From Gammaproteobacteria bacterium (GTDB taxonomy: Bacteria; Pseudomonadota; Gammaproteobacteria; GRL18), in the NCBI GenBank assembly GCA_026196615.1, contig JAPHSW010000144.1, forward strand, positions 23,987-87,986: a stretch of DNA of 64,000 bases. Direction: 5' to 3'. The stretch's first letter is position 1. Each line of letters begins with the position of its first letter. Shown here piece by piece: positions 10,163 through 21,833 of this stretch. Under the pieces are notes generated by a model. The model saw only the letters and a program-made list of their open reading frames with translations, did no database searches and had not been told where the DNA came from. A program made the translations under genes and the position numbers.

Positions 10163-10312
10163 ATAATATAATTAAAGCCCGTCTATTTCATGTCTAAAAA
10201 AAACAATAGTTTGAAAAAATTGTTCAGATTTTTAAACACTTAATGAAAAAATGTTCAAAGAAGAATAAAATAAATCTCTTTCATACAGATATATGTTAGA
10301 TAAGGAATTATT

Positions 10313-10687
10313 TTGGGTGAATTGGGAGCAATAGCTGCAGGTGGTGCATTAGGTGCTATTATGCGTTTTTGGGTTTCTAGCGGAATTTATTCCTGGTTAG
10401 GCCGTGGTTTTCCCTATGGTACTTTAAGTGTTAATTTAATTGGCTCCTTTTTTATCGGAATTGCTTTTATTTTACTCACAGAACGTTTAGCCCTGGGAAC
10501 AGAGGTTAGAGCATTTATTTTAATTGGTTTTTTAGGTGCTTTTACAACATTTTCAACTTTTTCTTTAGAAACTCTCATGTTATTACAAGAAGGGTTATTG
10601 CTTAAGGCTGCTGGAAATATTCTTCTTAGCGTCTTTCTTTGTATTATTGCTACCTGGGTTGGAATTGTATTAGCACGATCGCTCTAA
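10313..10687 (+). CDS. crcB: Fluoride channel CrcB/FluC
   Basis: 124 aa with 4 TM segments; motifs 'GALGAIMRFW' and 'GFLGAFTTFSTFS'. The start is uncertain (TTG at 10313 or 10322). Confidence 0.8.
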   Translation: MGELGAIAAGGALGAIMRFWVSSGIYSWLGRGFPYGTLSVNLIGSFFIGIAFILLTERLALGTEVRAFILIGFLGAFTTFSTFSLETLMLLQEGLLLKAAGNILLSVFLCIIATWVGIVLARSL

Positions 10688-10765
10688 TTTCTATAAATCT
10701 CAATAATATAAATAAGTGCATCTACTTTTATTGTTTAAAAATAATGATTTACCAAGCAGAATATA

Positions 10766-11095
10766 ATGGAAAATAAACTAAGAAAACAGCCTGTTACATT
10801 AGTTAGAGTTTATACTAATGATAATAACGGACATATTACAACGATGTTGGAGCAACTCCACAAAAGAGGTGATGTCATTGGAACCACCATTTTTAGAGGC
10901 ATTGCAGGGTTTGGTGATCAGGGTCATATTCACCAAAGTAGTTTATTAGATTTATCAGGTCATTTGCCTGTTGTTATTGAGTTCTACCATAAAAGTGATA
11001 AATCAGAAGAATTAATTAATTTTGTACATGAAAAGATCAGTAATGCCCACATTATAAGCTGGGAAGTCAATCTTTCATTTGAACATTTAAACTAG
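10766..11095 (+). CDS. DUF190 (PII-like) protein commonly paired with crcB
   Basis: 109 aa. 'FRGIAGFGDQGHIH...LPVVIEF' is typical of DUF190, and the gene is adjacent to crcB. Confidence 0.65.
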   Translation: MENKLRKQPVTLVRVYTNDNNGHITTMLEQLHKRGDVIGTTIFRGIAGFGDQGHIHQSSLLDLSGHLPVVIEFYHKSDKSEELINFVHEKISNAHIISWEVNLSFEHLN

Positions 11096-11103
11096 GAATA
11101 TAA

Positions 11104-12428
<1,325 letters not shown>

Positions 12429-12429
<1 letters not shown>

Positions 12430-14207
12430 TGATACCCGAAATTTTAACTCGAAAATCTCACATTGATGAGACAATGTTGGCAAAACTATCTCAGACTTTG
12501 TCACTATCTCCTTTACAGGCAAGAATTGTTGCTAATCGTTCTGGTGAATTTGATAGTGAACACCTTCTGACACAAGTTGTTAATACTTCACTGAAAAATA
12601 TACCCTCTCCTAATTTATTACAGGACAGTGATAAAGCTGTAAAGCGTATTGCAAAAGCAATACGTGATGGTGAAGTAATAGGTCTTCTAACTGATTATGA
12701 TGTTGATGGTATTACTTCTCATGCTATTTTATTGCATTCACTTCGTGATTTTTTTGGTATTTCTGAGCATAAAATACAACATTTAATTGGTCATAGAATT
12801 GAAGATGGTTATGGTGTAAGTCAAGGATTGGTCAACCGAATCCTGGATTCAGAAGTGCTTCCACAATTAATCATTACTGCCGATTGTGGTTCTTCTGATC
12901 AATTACAGATTGAACAATTAAAAGCGAAAGGTATTGATGTGATTGTCACTGATCATCATGCCATTCCACAAGAAGGGATTCCATTATCCGCACTGGCAAC
13001 AATTAATCCCACTCGAGAGGATTGTGATTACCCTGATAGTACAATTGCGGGCTGCATGGTCAGCTGGTTACTGATGAGTCTGCTTCGAAATGAGCTGGTT
13101 AGCTCTAATGTCATCTCTCAAAATACTCCGAAGCTTTCAGGTTTATTAGACTTTGTTGCTTTAGGTACAGTTGCTGATGCAGTTTCTTTAAGTAGTCCTA
13201 TCAATCGAGCTGTGGTTAATGTGGGTCTTAAAGTTATGAACCAGTTACAAAGGCCTTGTTGGCAAGCCATAAAAAAAATGCTTGATAGAGATTTTCAGGT
13301 GTTTACTGCTGAAGATCTTGGGTTTCAAATTGGTCCAAGGATCAATGCTAGAAGTCGCATGTCTGATCCCTATATGGCATTACACTATTTATCTGCTGGA
13401 ACATTAAATGAATCAACAAAATATCTTTTAGAACTGGATAAAGACAACCAGATACGTAAAGAAACAGAAAAGGAAATGCTGGATATTGCATATGAACTTG
13501 CAAAAAAACAACTTAATATCCTAAAGTGGTCATTAGTTATTTATCATGAACAATTTCATGCCGGTGTACAGGGGATTGTTGCTTCTCGATTGATGGAAAA
13601 ATTTGGTCGGCCAGTGATCGTGTTCAGTCCAAGTAATGAATCCGAAAAACTTACTGGTTCTGCACGTACAATACCTGGTGTTCATATCAGGGATGCAATT
13701 GAAGTTGTTGCTAATGAATGTCCGGAAATTGTCCTGGGCTTTGGTGGTCATAAAGGTGCTGCCGGTTTAAAGATTATTGGTCAACTGATTGATGAATTTA
13801 GAGTAAAATTTGATCTTGCCATTGCACAGCAATTAAGTGTTGATGATGATCTAAGACCTACTATTTATACTGATGGTGAGCTTGCAGAAAGTGAATTAAG
13901 TTTTCAAACAATTGCTGAACTAAAATATCTTGAACCTTATGGACGTGAATTTGAAACGCCAATTTTTGATGGGGACTTTAAAGTTCAAAGCATTCGTGTC
14001 ATCGGCTCTGAGGGTAATCACTTAATGATTCAATTAGCGACAGACTCATATTCATTTCGAGCTGTTTGGTTTCGAGCACTGGAAAAAAAGAATGATCCAT
14101 TTCCATTTGTCGAAGGGCAGTTTATTCACGCGGTGTATCAATTAAAAGAAAATTACTATAGAGGTAATTTCTCAATTCAATTACATATTATCCATGCATC
14201 ATTATAG
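12429..14207 (+). CDS. recJ: Single-stranded-DNA-specific exonuclease RecJ
   Basis: DHH motifs 'DYDVDGITS', 'ADCGSS' and 'VTDHH', plus DHHA1 'GGHKGAAG'. The GTG start overlaps the serS stop by 1 nt (TAGTG). Confidence 0.9.
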
Positions 14208-14238
14208 CTAAATTGTGAATAGCATGATGTCATAAAGT

Positions 14239-14315
14239 GAGTCATTCAAATATTGGTTTGAATGACTCCGAAATGCTGAGTTGTTTTAATGTTTTTTACA
14301 AAATTAAAACAACTC
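14239..14315. terminator. Two adjacent perfect hairpins between convergent recJ and the CheZ-like gene
   Basis: GAGTCATTCAAA (14239-14250) pairs with TTTGAATGACTC (14257-14268). GAGTTGTTTTAAT (14278-14290) pairs with ATTAAAACAACTC (14303-14315). Neither has a classical U-tract, and the second overlaps the minus-strand stop codon. Confidence 0.4.
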
Positions 14316-14870
14316 AATATCTTCATCATCAGAGCTATCTTTGGAGATCATTTCTTCTCTAAATTCAGCCAATGCTTCTTCAATAGGAGTACCTGAAAGT
14401 ACTTTATCAAACATTTTACGTTCTTCTTCCATTGTGTATTTACTACGAATTGATGCTTGTAATGCTCGCCATTCAGGCGGTGAATATAATGAAGCAGGAT
14501 CAGAAATAAGTGCTGATAAAGAAGATAAACTGTGGCTGACATGATCCAGTCTTTGAGTTAACTTATCATAAAATTGAAATGCAATAATTGCTGTCTGTAT
14601 CTTATCAAGTGCTGTTGTAGATGAACCTTGAATGATAAGTTTTGTTTTATCAAAATTTTCCTCATTCATTTGTTCTATAGATGATTGAATATCAGCAAGA
14701 TTAGTAGCCAGTGCAGTAAATGAAGTTGCTAGTGTATCTACTGAAGAGTTACCTTCATTCATTGATTGATCTATTTGAGCAACCGATAAGTTGAGCATTA
14801 ATATTGTTTCTTTTAGTTGACTCCAGTCTAAGTCTGGATTTATAGAAGTTGAACCTGCAGAAATACTCAT
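14304..14870 (-). CDS. Hypothetical acidic protein with a CheZ-like D-x-x-x-Q motif and an acidic C-terminal peptide
   Basis: 188 aa. 'FQFYDKLTQRLDHV' has the same D-x3-Q spacing as the CheZ active-site motif FQDLTGQ. The C-terminus '...SSDDEDIELF' is acidic and ends in a hydrophobic residue, like the CheY-binding tail of CheZ. Confidence 0.35.
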   Translation of the reverse strand: MSISAGSTSINPDLDWSQLKETILMLNLSVAQIDQSMNEGNSSVDTLATSFTALATNLADIQSSIEQMNEENFDKTKLIIQGSSTTALDKIQTAIIAFQFYDKLTQRLDHVSHSLSSLSALISDPASLYSPPEWRALQASIRSKYTMEEERKMFDKVLSGTPIEEALAEFREEMISKDSSDDEDIELF

Positions 14871-15144
14871 AATGCTCCTTAATATAGTTTTATTAATATG
14901 GCTTTTTAGGAGATCTACTCTTCAAAAGTATTGATACCCTTTATTTGCTTTAGATTATAGAGGGAAATTGAAGAAATTCATGCAATTTATTGAAAAATTG
15001 AATTATTTTTGTGAAATTAGTCTTTAGATTCAAAAAGACCTAAGAAATCAACTCATTCTGGTGTAAAATGTCTGGCTTTTAAAGATTAGATAACTATTTT
15101 GTTTTTTAATTAAACTTATCCTTTTGAAGTCTCCAGGCAGAAAT

Positions 15145-16243
15145 ATGATAGAAACAACAGGTCTGAAATCCAGAATATCTGACATAAGCAGTCGTTCAGA
15201 ATTGCTTAGGGGGTATCTTTGACTTTGATCTCAGAAAGGAACAATTAGAAGAAGTTAACTTAGAGCTTGAGTCCCCAAGTGTTTGGGGTAATCCAGAAAA
15301 TGCTCAGGCACTTGGTCAAAAGAAAGTATCACTTGAAAAAATAGTGAATGGTCTGGAAAAATTGTTTTCAGGCTTGGCTGATATTGGTGAATTACTTGAA
15401 ATGGCATTAGCTGAAGATGATGATGATGCTGTCAATGATATTATTGCCGAACTGGATGACTTAGAAAAAGAAGTCGCCGATTTAGAATTTCGTCGTATGT
15501 TTTCTGGAGATATGGATGCCAATAATGCCTTTATAGATATTCAGTCTGGCTCTGGTGGAACAGAAGCACAAGACTGGGCCAGTATGATTATGAGAATGTT
15601 TTTGCGCTTTGGTGAGAAAGAAGGCTTTAAAACAGAACTTTTAGAGGTCTCAGATGGTGATGTGGCAGGTATTAAAGGAGCAACAATAAAATTCACAGGT
15701 GAATTTGCTTTTGGATGGTTAAGGACTGAAACTGGTGTTCATCGGTTGGTTAGAAAGTCTCCTTTTGATTCAGGTAATCGTCGCCATACATCATTTGCCT
15801 CCGTTTTTGCTTATCCAGAAGTAGATGATGATGTTGATATTGATATCAATCCAGCTGATCTTAGAATAGATACTTATCGAGCTAGTGGTGCTGGTGGACA
15901 GCATATTAATAAAACAGATTCAGCGGTTCGTATTACTCATTTGCCCACAAATGTCGTTGTACAATGTCAGAATGATCGTTCTCAACATAAAAATAAAGCG
16001 GCAGCTATGAAAATGCTTAAAGCTAAATTATATGAAGTTGAAATGCAAAAACGCAATGCAGATAAACAGGAATTAGAAGAAACAAAATCAGATATTGGCT
16101 GGGGTAGTCAGATCCGTTCTTATGTTCTGGATCAGTCACGAATTAAAGATTTACGTACAGGTCATGAATCTAGTAACACCCAAGCAGTGTTAGATGGTGA
16201 TCTCAGGGCATTTATTGAAGCGTCATTGAAGTCTAATATGTAA
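15145..16243 (+). CDS. prfB: Peptide chain release factor 2, requiring a programmed +1 frameshift at 15220
   Basis: A short frame-0 ORF '[25 protein letters not shown]' ends at the in-frame TGA at 15220. The +1 frame continues '[29 protein letters not shown]...' into the 299-aa track ORF, which carries the SPF and GGQ ('[12 protein letters not shown]') motifs. Confidence 0.9.
15205..15223 (+). promoter_or_regulatory. prfB autoregulatory +1 frameshift site
   Basis: The sequence 'CTT AGG GGG TAT CTT TGA C' has an internal SD-like AGGGGG 3 nt before the slippery CTT and a poor-context UGA-C stop. This is the same layout as in E. coli prfB. Confidence 0.9.
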
Positions 16244-16304
16244 CCGATCAGTGCTAATTAATAATTAAGAAAAGCTATAGTGAATAAATAGAGTGAGTAA
16301 ATTG

Positions 16305-17819
16305 ATGTCAGAATCTACAAATGAAACAATAGATGCAGTCGACGAGAATAAATTAATTGCACAACGTCGTGGTAAATTATTGAAAATGAGAGAGCAAGGA
16401 AATGCTTTTCCTAATCATTTTCGTCGTGATTCTCTTTCTGCCACTTTACATGCAGAATATGATTCACTCACTAAAGAAGAGCTTGCAGAAAAAAATATTC
16501 AAGTCGTTGTTGCTGGTCGAATGATGCTACAGCGTGTTATGGGTAAAGCCAGTTTTGCCACTATTAAAGATATGAATGGAACAATTCAACTTTTTGTTCA
16601 ACGAGACTCACTAGCAGAAGGTTTTTACAATGATGAATTTAAAAAATGGGATTTAGGTGACATCATTGGTGCTAAAGGTGTTTTGTTTAAAACTAAGACT
16701 GATGAGCTTTCCGTCAGAGTTGATAGCATAGAACTACTTACAAAAGCATTGCGACCACTTCCAGAAAAGTTTAAAGGCTTGTCAGATCAAGAAACACGCT
16801 ATCGTCAACGCTATATTGATCTTATTATGAATGATGATACTCGTAAAACCTTTGCTTTACGTTCAAAAATTATCACTTATATTCGCAATTTTATGTTGCA
16901 AAAAGATTATATGGAAGTTGAAACTCCAATGATGCAAGCAATACCAGGAGGAGCAACTGCAAGACCATTTACTACTTATCATAATGCACTGGATATGGAA
17001 CTGTTTCTAAGAATTGCTCCAGAATTGTATTTAAAACGACTGGTAGTTGGCGGCTTTGAACGTGTATTTGAAATTAATCGTAACTTTAGAAATGAAGGAT
17101 TATCAACTCGTCACAATCCTGAATTTACTATGATTGAATTTTATCAGGCCTATGCAGATTATCATGATTTGATGGATATAACAGAAGAAATGCTACGTGG
17201 TCTTGCTCAGGATGTTTTAGGTAAGTCAGTTTTTCAATATCAGGGTATGGATGTTGATTTTGGGAAACCATTCACTCGAATGACAATTAAAGAGTCTATT
17301 TTACACTTCAACCCTGAATTAAATGAATCTCAATTAGATGATATTGATGAGGCACGTAAAATTGCTGTATCAATGGATATTCCTCTAAAAGACAGTTATG
17401 GTCTGGGTAAGGTACAAATTGAAATTTTTGAAAAAACAGTTGAACATCGCTTAATGGATCCTACATTTATTACTGCTTATCCAACTGAAGTCTCGCCATT
17501 GGCACGTCGAAATAATGATGATCCTTTTGTGACTGACCGTTTTGAATTTTTTGTGGGTGGTCGAGAATTAGCAAATGGCTTTTCAGAGTTGAACGACCCT
17601 GAAGATCAAGCTGAACGTTTCAAAAAACAGGTTGAAGAAAAAGAAGCTGGTGATGATGAAGCAATGCATTTTGATGATGATTATATCACCGCACTTGAAT
17701 ATGGTATGCCACCAACAGCAGGTGAGGGGATTGGTATCGATCGTTTGGTGATGTTATTAACTGATGCACCTTCAATTAGAGATGTACTTTTATTTCCTCA
17801 TATGAGAGCAATAGATTAA
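16305..17819 (+). CDS. lysS: Lysyl-tRNA synthetase (class II)
   Basis: '[12 protein letters not shown]', 'FRNEG', '[18 protein letters not shown]'. It lies downstream of prfB as in E. coli. ATG 16305 is preferred over the track GTG at 16293. Confidence 0.93.
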   Translation: MSESTNETIDAVDENKLIAQRRGKLLKMREQGNAFPNHFRRDSLSATLHAEYDSLTKEELAEKNIQVVVAGRMMLQRVMGKASFATIKDMNGTIQLFVQRDSLAEGFYNDEFKKWDLGDIIGAKGVLFKTKTDELSVRVDSIELLTKALRPLPEKFKGLSDQETRYRQRYIDLIMNDDTRKTFALRSKIITYIRNFMLQKDYMEVETPMMQAIPGGATARPFTTYHNALDMELFLRIAPELYLKRLVVGGFERVFEINRNFRNEGLSTRHNPEFTMIEFYQAYADYHDLMDITEEMLRGLAQDVLGKSVFQYQGMDVDFGKPFTRMTIKESILHFNPELNESQLDDIDEARKIAVSMDIPLKDSYGLGKVQIEIFEKTVEHRLMDPTFITAYPTEVSPLARRNNDDPFVTDRFEFFVGGRELANGFSELNDPEDQAERFKKQVEEKEAGDDEAMHFDDDYITALEYGMPPTAGEGIGIDRLVMLLTDAPSIRDVLLFPHMRAID

Positions 17820-17862
17820 TACCTAATTTTTCTTTTCTAGAAAAATGACTATTGGGGTGTTT

Positions 17863-18303
17863 CTAATTATTAGGATCATCCCAACTTGTTTGTACTTCTG
17901 ATTGATCATATGGCATTTCAAGTGGATCTCTTTCTCCATTTCTGATCATATTACGTCTTTTTCTATCATCACTTAATTTTTGTTTGATTAAATAATCATC
18001 CTGTCCAACAAAAATAGCATTATCTCCTTTAACTACATATTCAGGTTGATAAAAAACTTCATTATCATCGTTAAGATTCTCCTGGATTTTACCGCCAAGA
18101 ATATAACCAGTTACTGCTCCAACAGCGGTTGTTGCATATTTGCCATGACCACCACCAAATTGATAACCTATTAATGCACCAGTTGCTGAGCCAATAACCG
18201 AACCAACCGTTGTTGAATATTCATCATTTTCATCGGAATAAGCAAGATTTGAATAAATTACTGTCAGGAAGAGAATTGATAATGTGGTTTTATTGGAAAT
18301 CAT
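17863..18303 (-). CDS. Glycine-zipper (17-kDa-antigen-like) exported protein
   Basis: Signal peptide followed by 'GSVIGSATGALIGYQFGGGHGKYATTAVGAVTGYILGG' glycine-zipper repeats. Confidence 0.65.
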   Translation of the reverse strand: MISNKTTLSILFLTVIYSNLAYSDENDEYSTTVGSVIGSATGALIGYQFGGGHGKYATTAVGAVTGYILGGKIQENLNDDNEVFYQPEYVVKGDNAIFVGQDDYLIKQKLSDDRKRRNMIRNGERDPLEMPYDQSEVQTSWDDPNN

Positions 18304-18623
18304 CTTATTTGTCCTCTTTTTAAAAAGAAGGTTGAGACTTTATCAATATAATCTCATATTTTTAGAATAGCAGATATTTTAATGAGATTGAAATTTATAT
18401 ATTTTTTTATATCTAGTTTATATAAAATTAGAATAAGTACAAAAATTCTATTGCACTGCCCATAAACTTATTATTTCTGTACGAACAAATGTAGGGAACT
18501 CCCCACATGAAATTCATTAAAGCAATGTTAGAATGCCATAAGATTTGTAAGAGATTAAGTTAATTTAATATTTTTAGTGATTACATTTTATTTTAAGTTA
18601 GTACTAAGGAGTTCATTACTGCT

Positions 18624-20765
18624 ATGTATCCTAAGGCTTCAATAATATGGAAGTTAATTCTATCTGTATTCTTTTTTACTTCATTACAAACTCATGTTTA
18701 TGCAATGGAAACAAGAGTTGCATTAGTTATTGGTAATAGTAAATACCCAGATATGCCTTTAAGTAATCCTGCTAATGATGCTTCTGACGTTGCTGATTCA
18801 TTAAGAGAATTGGGATTTGATGTTGAACTGGCTCTGAACTTATCTTATTCAGATATGAACGAGATGATTTCTGAATTTGGTAAAAAGCTAAATAAAGCAG
18901 ATGTTGGTCTCTTCTTTTATGCCGGACATGGTGTTCAATCAGATGGAGTGAATTATTTGATACCTGTTAATACTGATTTATCTCATGAAAAATCTAATGT
19001 TGACAAAGTTATTTCGACATCAAGCATTTTACAAAAAATGGAGTTCGCAAAAAATGGTGTCAACATTATTGTTTTGGATGCTTGTAGAAATAACCCACTT
19101 TCGCAAAATTTTATTGAATCCTCTACATATGGTCTGGCAAAAATTAAAGCCCCTTCGGCTTCCTTTATTGCATACTCTACTGCTCCAGGAAATGTTGCTG
19201 CGGATGGTCTGGGTAGAAATAGCCCCTACACCCAAAACCTTTTAAAACAAATAAACATACCTAATCAGACGATAGAACAAACATTCAAAAAAGTCAGGGT
19301 TTCTGTTGTTGAAGGTACTAATGGTCAACAAGTGCCTTGGGAAAATTCTTCATTATTAGGTGATTTTTATTTTGTTGAACCTATTGTTTCTGATGAATTA
19401 ACTAAAGGTGGTCGATATGCTTCAATTGATCAGTTTGAGTTGGATTTTTGGAAAACCTTACAGAAAGAACCCTCCAGAGAACTATATGAATCCTATTTAA
19501 AAAAATTTCCTAAAGGACATTTTAATATTGTTGCTCAGGAAAAACTTAAACAAATGGGAAATGGAATGATAACAATTCGCTCTAATGTTTTTGGTGACAG
19601 TATTAAAATTAACGGAGAATATCGTGCTACCAGTAAATCAACATTGAGTCTTGCACCTGATGAATATACTGTTGAAGTAAGTAAGTTGGGATTCAACACT
19701 GTAACAAAAAATGTAACACTTGCTGCTGAGCAGCACCTGGATTTGCAATTTACTCTACAAGCTAAGGCTAATAATGATAATACTTCTATGCGTTCAGTTT
19801 CACTCAATTCCGAACCTATAAGAGAAGTAAGATTACCTGAACCTGAATTGGTGGAAAAAAATATTTCTGAAAAAGTGACACCCTTAAGAGTTTCAAGCAA
19901 AAGTACCTCAAATTCCATTAAACTACCAAAGACTAATATTTTGGTTGAGTACAGCAAAGAAAAAAATATTCCTCCTCTTATAAATGAGAAAATAGAACCC
20001 ATTATAGATATGCAGTTTGTGAATATTAAAGCCGGTTGTTTCATTATGGGTAGCTCACCTTTAGAAGATGGTCGTTTAAATGATGAAAAATCACATAATG
20101 TGTGTTTAAGTAAAGATTATTGGATTGCTAAATATGAAGTCACACAAGCTCAATGGGAAAAAGTAATGGGTAGTAACCCTTCTTTTTTTAAAGGCTGTGG
20201 TGGTGACTGTCCAGTGGAAAGAGTCAGTTGGAATGAAGTACAGGGATTTATTTTTAAATTAAATTTACAAACAGGTCAAAAATATCGTCTGCCAACAGAA
20301 GCTGAATGGGAATATGCTGCCCGAGCTGGTACAAAGTCATCAACCTATATCGGTAATAGTGAACTCTTAGGTCAAAACAATGCCAGTAAGCTCAATGATA
20401 TTGCCTGGTATAGTGGGAATAGTGCTGTAGATTATCGTGGAGGTCAATATTGTGAAGATTGGGATGAAAAAGAATTTGATGCTGTCCGCTGTGGTGTTCA
20501 TCCTGTTGGGCAGAAACAGGCAAACCAATGGCATATATACGATATGATTGGCAATGTTTGGGAATGGACAAACGATGTTTATGGGTATCTTTCAACTAAG
20601 GATGTAGTCGACCCTATAGGTGCAGAAAAAGGGAATAAAAGTGTTGTAAAAGGAGGAAGTTGGGAAGGTTCATTATCTCAAAATCGCTCTGCTGCACGTT
20701 ATGGTTTTGCAAAAAATAAAAAAATGGATAAGGTTGGTTTTAGATTAGTTATTACCGACGAGTAA
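18624..20765 (+). CDS. Exported caspase-like (peptidase C14) / PEGA / FGE-sulfatase-domain fusion protein
   Basis: Signal peptide at aa 1-27. The caspase His-Cys dyad sits in 'FFYAGHG' (H102) and 'IIVLDACRNNP' (C154). A PEGA-like beta domain spans about aa 315-378. The C-terminal SUMF1/FGE fold carries 'YRLPTEAEWEYAARAG', 'GNVWEWTND' and 'KGGSW'. Confidence 0.75.
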   Translation: MYPKASIIWKLILSVFFFTSLQTHVYAMETRVALVIGNSKYPDMPLSNPANDASDVADSLRELGFDVELALNLSYSDMNEMISEFGKKLNKADVGLFFYAGHGVQSDGVNYLIPVNTDLSHEKSNVDKVISTSSILQKMEFAKNGVNIIVLDACRNNPLSQNFIESSTYGLAKIKAPSASFIAYSTAPGNVAADGLGRNSPYTQNLLKQINIPNQTIEQTFKKVRVSVVEGTNGQQVPWENSSLLGDFYFVEPIVSDELTKGGRYASIDQFELDFWKTLQKEPSRELYESYLKKFPKGHFNIVAQEKLKQMGNGMITIRSNVFGDSIKINGEYRATSKSTLSLAPDEYTVEVSKLGFNTVTKNVTLAAEQHLDLQFTLQAKANNDNTSMRSVSLNSEPIREVRLPEPELVEKNISEKVTPLRVSSKSTSNSIKLPKTNILVEYSKEKNIPPLINEKIEPIIDMQFVNIKAGCFIMGSSPLEDGRLNDEKSHNVCLSKDYWIAKYEVTQAQWEKVMGSNPSFFKGCGGDCPVERVSWNEVQGFIFKLNLQTGQKYRLPTEAEWEYAARAGTKSSTYIGNSELLGQNNASKLNDIAWYSGNSAVDYRGGQYCEDWDEKEFDAVRCGVHPVGQKQANQWHIYDMIGNVWEWTNDVYGYLSTKDVVDPIGAEKGNKSVVKGGSWEGSLSQNRSAARYGFAKNKKMDKVGFRLVITDE

Positions 20766-20868
20766 ATTTATAGTTTTGTTAGGCTCCAATTAAATTTTAG
20801 CTGACAGACGTAGGTATTAATATACTTTTGTATTATTTAGGTTTTAGTTTTATAAAATGGATAATTAG

Positions 20869-21756
20869 ATGAAAAAAATTTATAAAGTTGCTTTATTAGG
20901 ATTTATTAGCTTGTTCTGCTTTGTTTCTATTGCTGTTCATGCAGCACCTCGGGCAAAACCTGTAGTCGCAATAAAAAAAGCTAAAATTGGTGAAGGTGTT
21001 AGTAAGTATGGAAAGAAGTATCTAAATTTAGGTACTTTATGGGATGAGATGGAAGCCTCTATCCAAAAAAATCGTAAATTTACTTTAGTTAGCCGAAAGA
21101 AAGAAGTCTTAGCTGATATTCGTAAGGAACAGGAGTTTGCTAAATCTGATTTGACGGCAGGTAATGCAGCAGAAGAAGGTCAAATAAAAAATGCAAACTT
21201 TTTAATTTTACCCACTGTGCAAGACTTTAAATTTTATCGTTCTAGTACCCCAGTCCCTAATCTTGATAATAAATACATTCGAGTAGATTCTGGTATGCTT
21301 GAAGTTAATGCTCAAATTATTGATACCTCTACAGGAGGTATTAAGACAACTTTTTACCTGAAATCTTCATTTTCTACCAAGAAAAAGGTGGTTAACACTC
21401 GAGGGGGCGTACCTAATAGTATTCACTTTACTAATATGGCAAAGAAAGTTGCAGCTCAAATGACGGATCAATTAGTTGATGTTGTTTTTCCAATGAAAGT
21501 TCTTAATGTAAAAGGTAGTCAAATTTGGATTAATCGTGGTAAAGATGGAGGATTAAAGAAGGGAGATACCCTTAAAGTATTTCGTCCAGGTATTGAGCTG
21601 ATTGATCCGGATACAGGTGAAAATCTTGGCTCAGCAGAGGAAGAAATTGGGAAAGTTAAGGTGACTCGTGTTAATCCAAAATTTACTACGGCTGAAGTTG
21701 TAAAAGGCAAAGATGCAGAAGTAATGATTGAAAAAGGTGATATTGTTCGTGAATAA
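20869..21756 (+). CDS. Exported protein: one CsgG/LpoB-like alpha/beta module plus a C-terminal ~85-aa beta module
   Basis: Signal peptide 'VSIAVHA/AP'. 'NRKFTLVSRKKEVLADIRKEQEF', 'ANFLILPTVQDF' and 'VNAQIIDTSTGGI' follow the CsgG-family pattern (L..s.rF.vvER..l...l.E / Ad.i..G.i..f / v.lR.vd..TG.i). The C-terminal module contains 'WINRGKDGGLKKGD...LIDPDTGENLG'. Confidence 0.55.
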   Translation: MKKIYKVALLGFISLFCFVSIAVHAAPRAKPVVAIKKAKIGEGVSKYGKKYLNLGTLWDEMEASIQKNRKFTLVSRKKEVLADIRKEQEFAKSDLTAGNAAEEGQIKNANFLILPTVQDFKFYRSSTPVPNLDNKYIRVDSGMLEVNAQIIDTSTGGIKTTFYLKSSFSTKKKVVNTRGGVPNSIHFTNMAKKVAAQMTDQLVDVVFPMKVLNVKGSQIWINRGKDGGLKKGDTLKVFRPGIELIDPDTGENLGSAEEEIGKVKVTRVNPKFTTAEVVKGKDAEVMIEKGDIVRE

Positions 21757-21833
21757 ATTTTAGATTAGCTCCAAGTTACAAAAATATTAATTTTTTGCTC
21801 AATACTATTTGTTTTAATACAACGGAACTCTTT

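Noticed and set aside
10163-10312. I looked for a fluoride (crcB-motif) riboswitch upstream of crcB.
   Set aside because: I could not find the conserved GGnGAUGG...CCGCC/UGAUGAUGCCUAC-type elements or any G+C-rich helices in this A/T-rich spacer. An Rfam scan would settle it.
18495-18522. A sigma-E-like -35 box, GGAACTC, lies upstream of the exported six-gene operon.
   Set aside because: The best downstream -10 candidates (TTAAA at a 15-nt spacing, TAAAG at 16) do not match TCAAA/TCTGA. It is attractive biologically but not supported by the sequence alone.
19535-20044. A 169-aa minus-strand ORF, and other short ORFs (18985-19245, 19029-19235, 20392-20595), lie inside the caspase-FGE gene.
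   Set aside because: They are embedded in a motif-rich plus-strand CDS and have no features of their own.
20010-20750. The C-terminal domain of the caspase fusion could be a genuine formylglycine-generating enzyme.
   Set aside because: The paired catalytic cysteines expected after the GGS(F/W) block are absent (the sequence reads GGSWEGSLSQNRSAARYG), and no sulfatase gene lies nearby.
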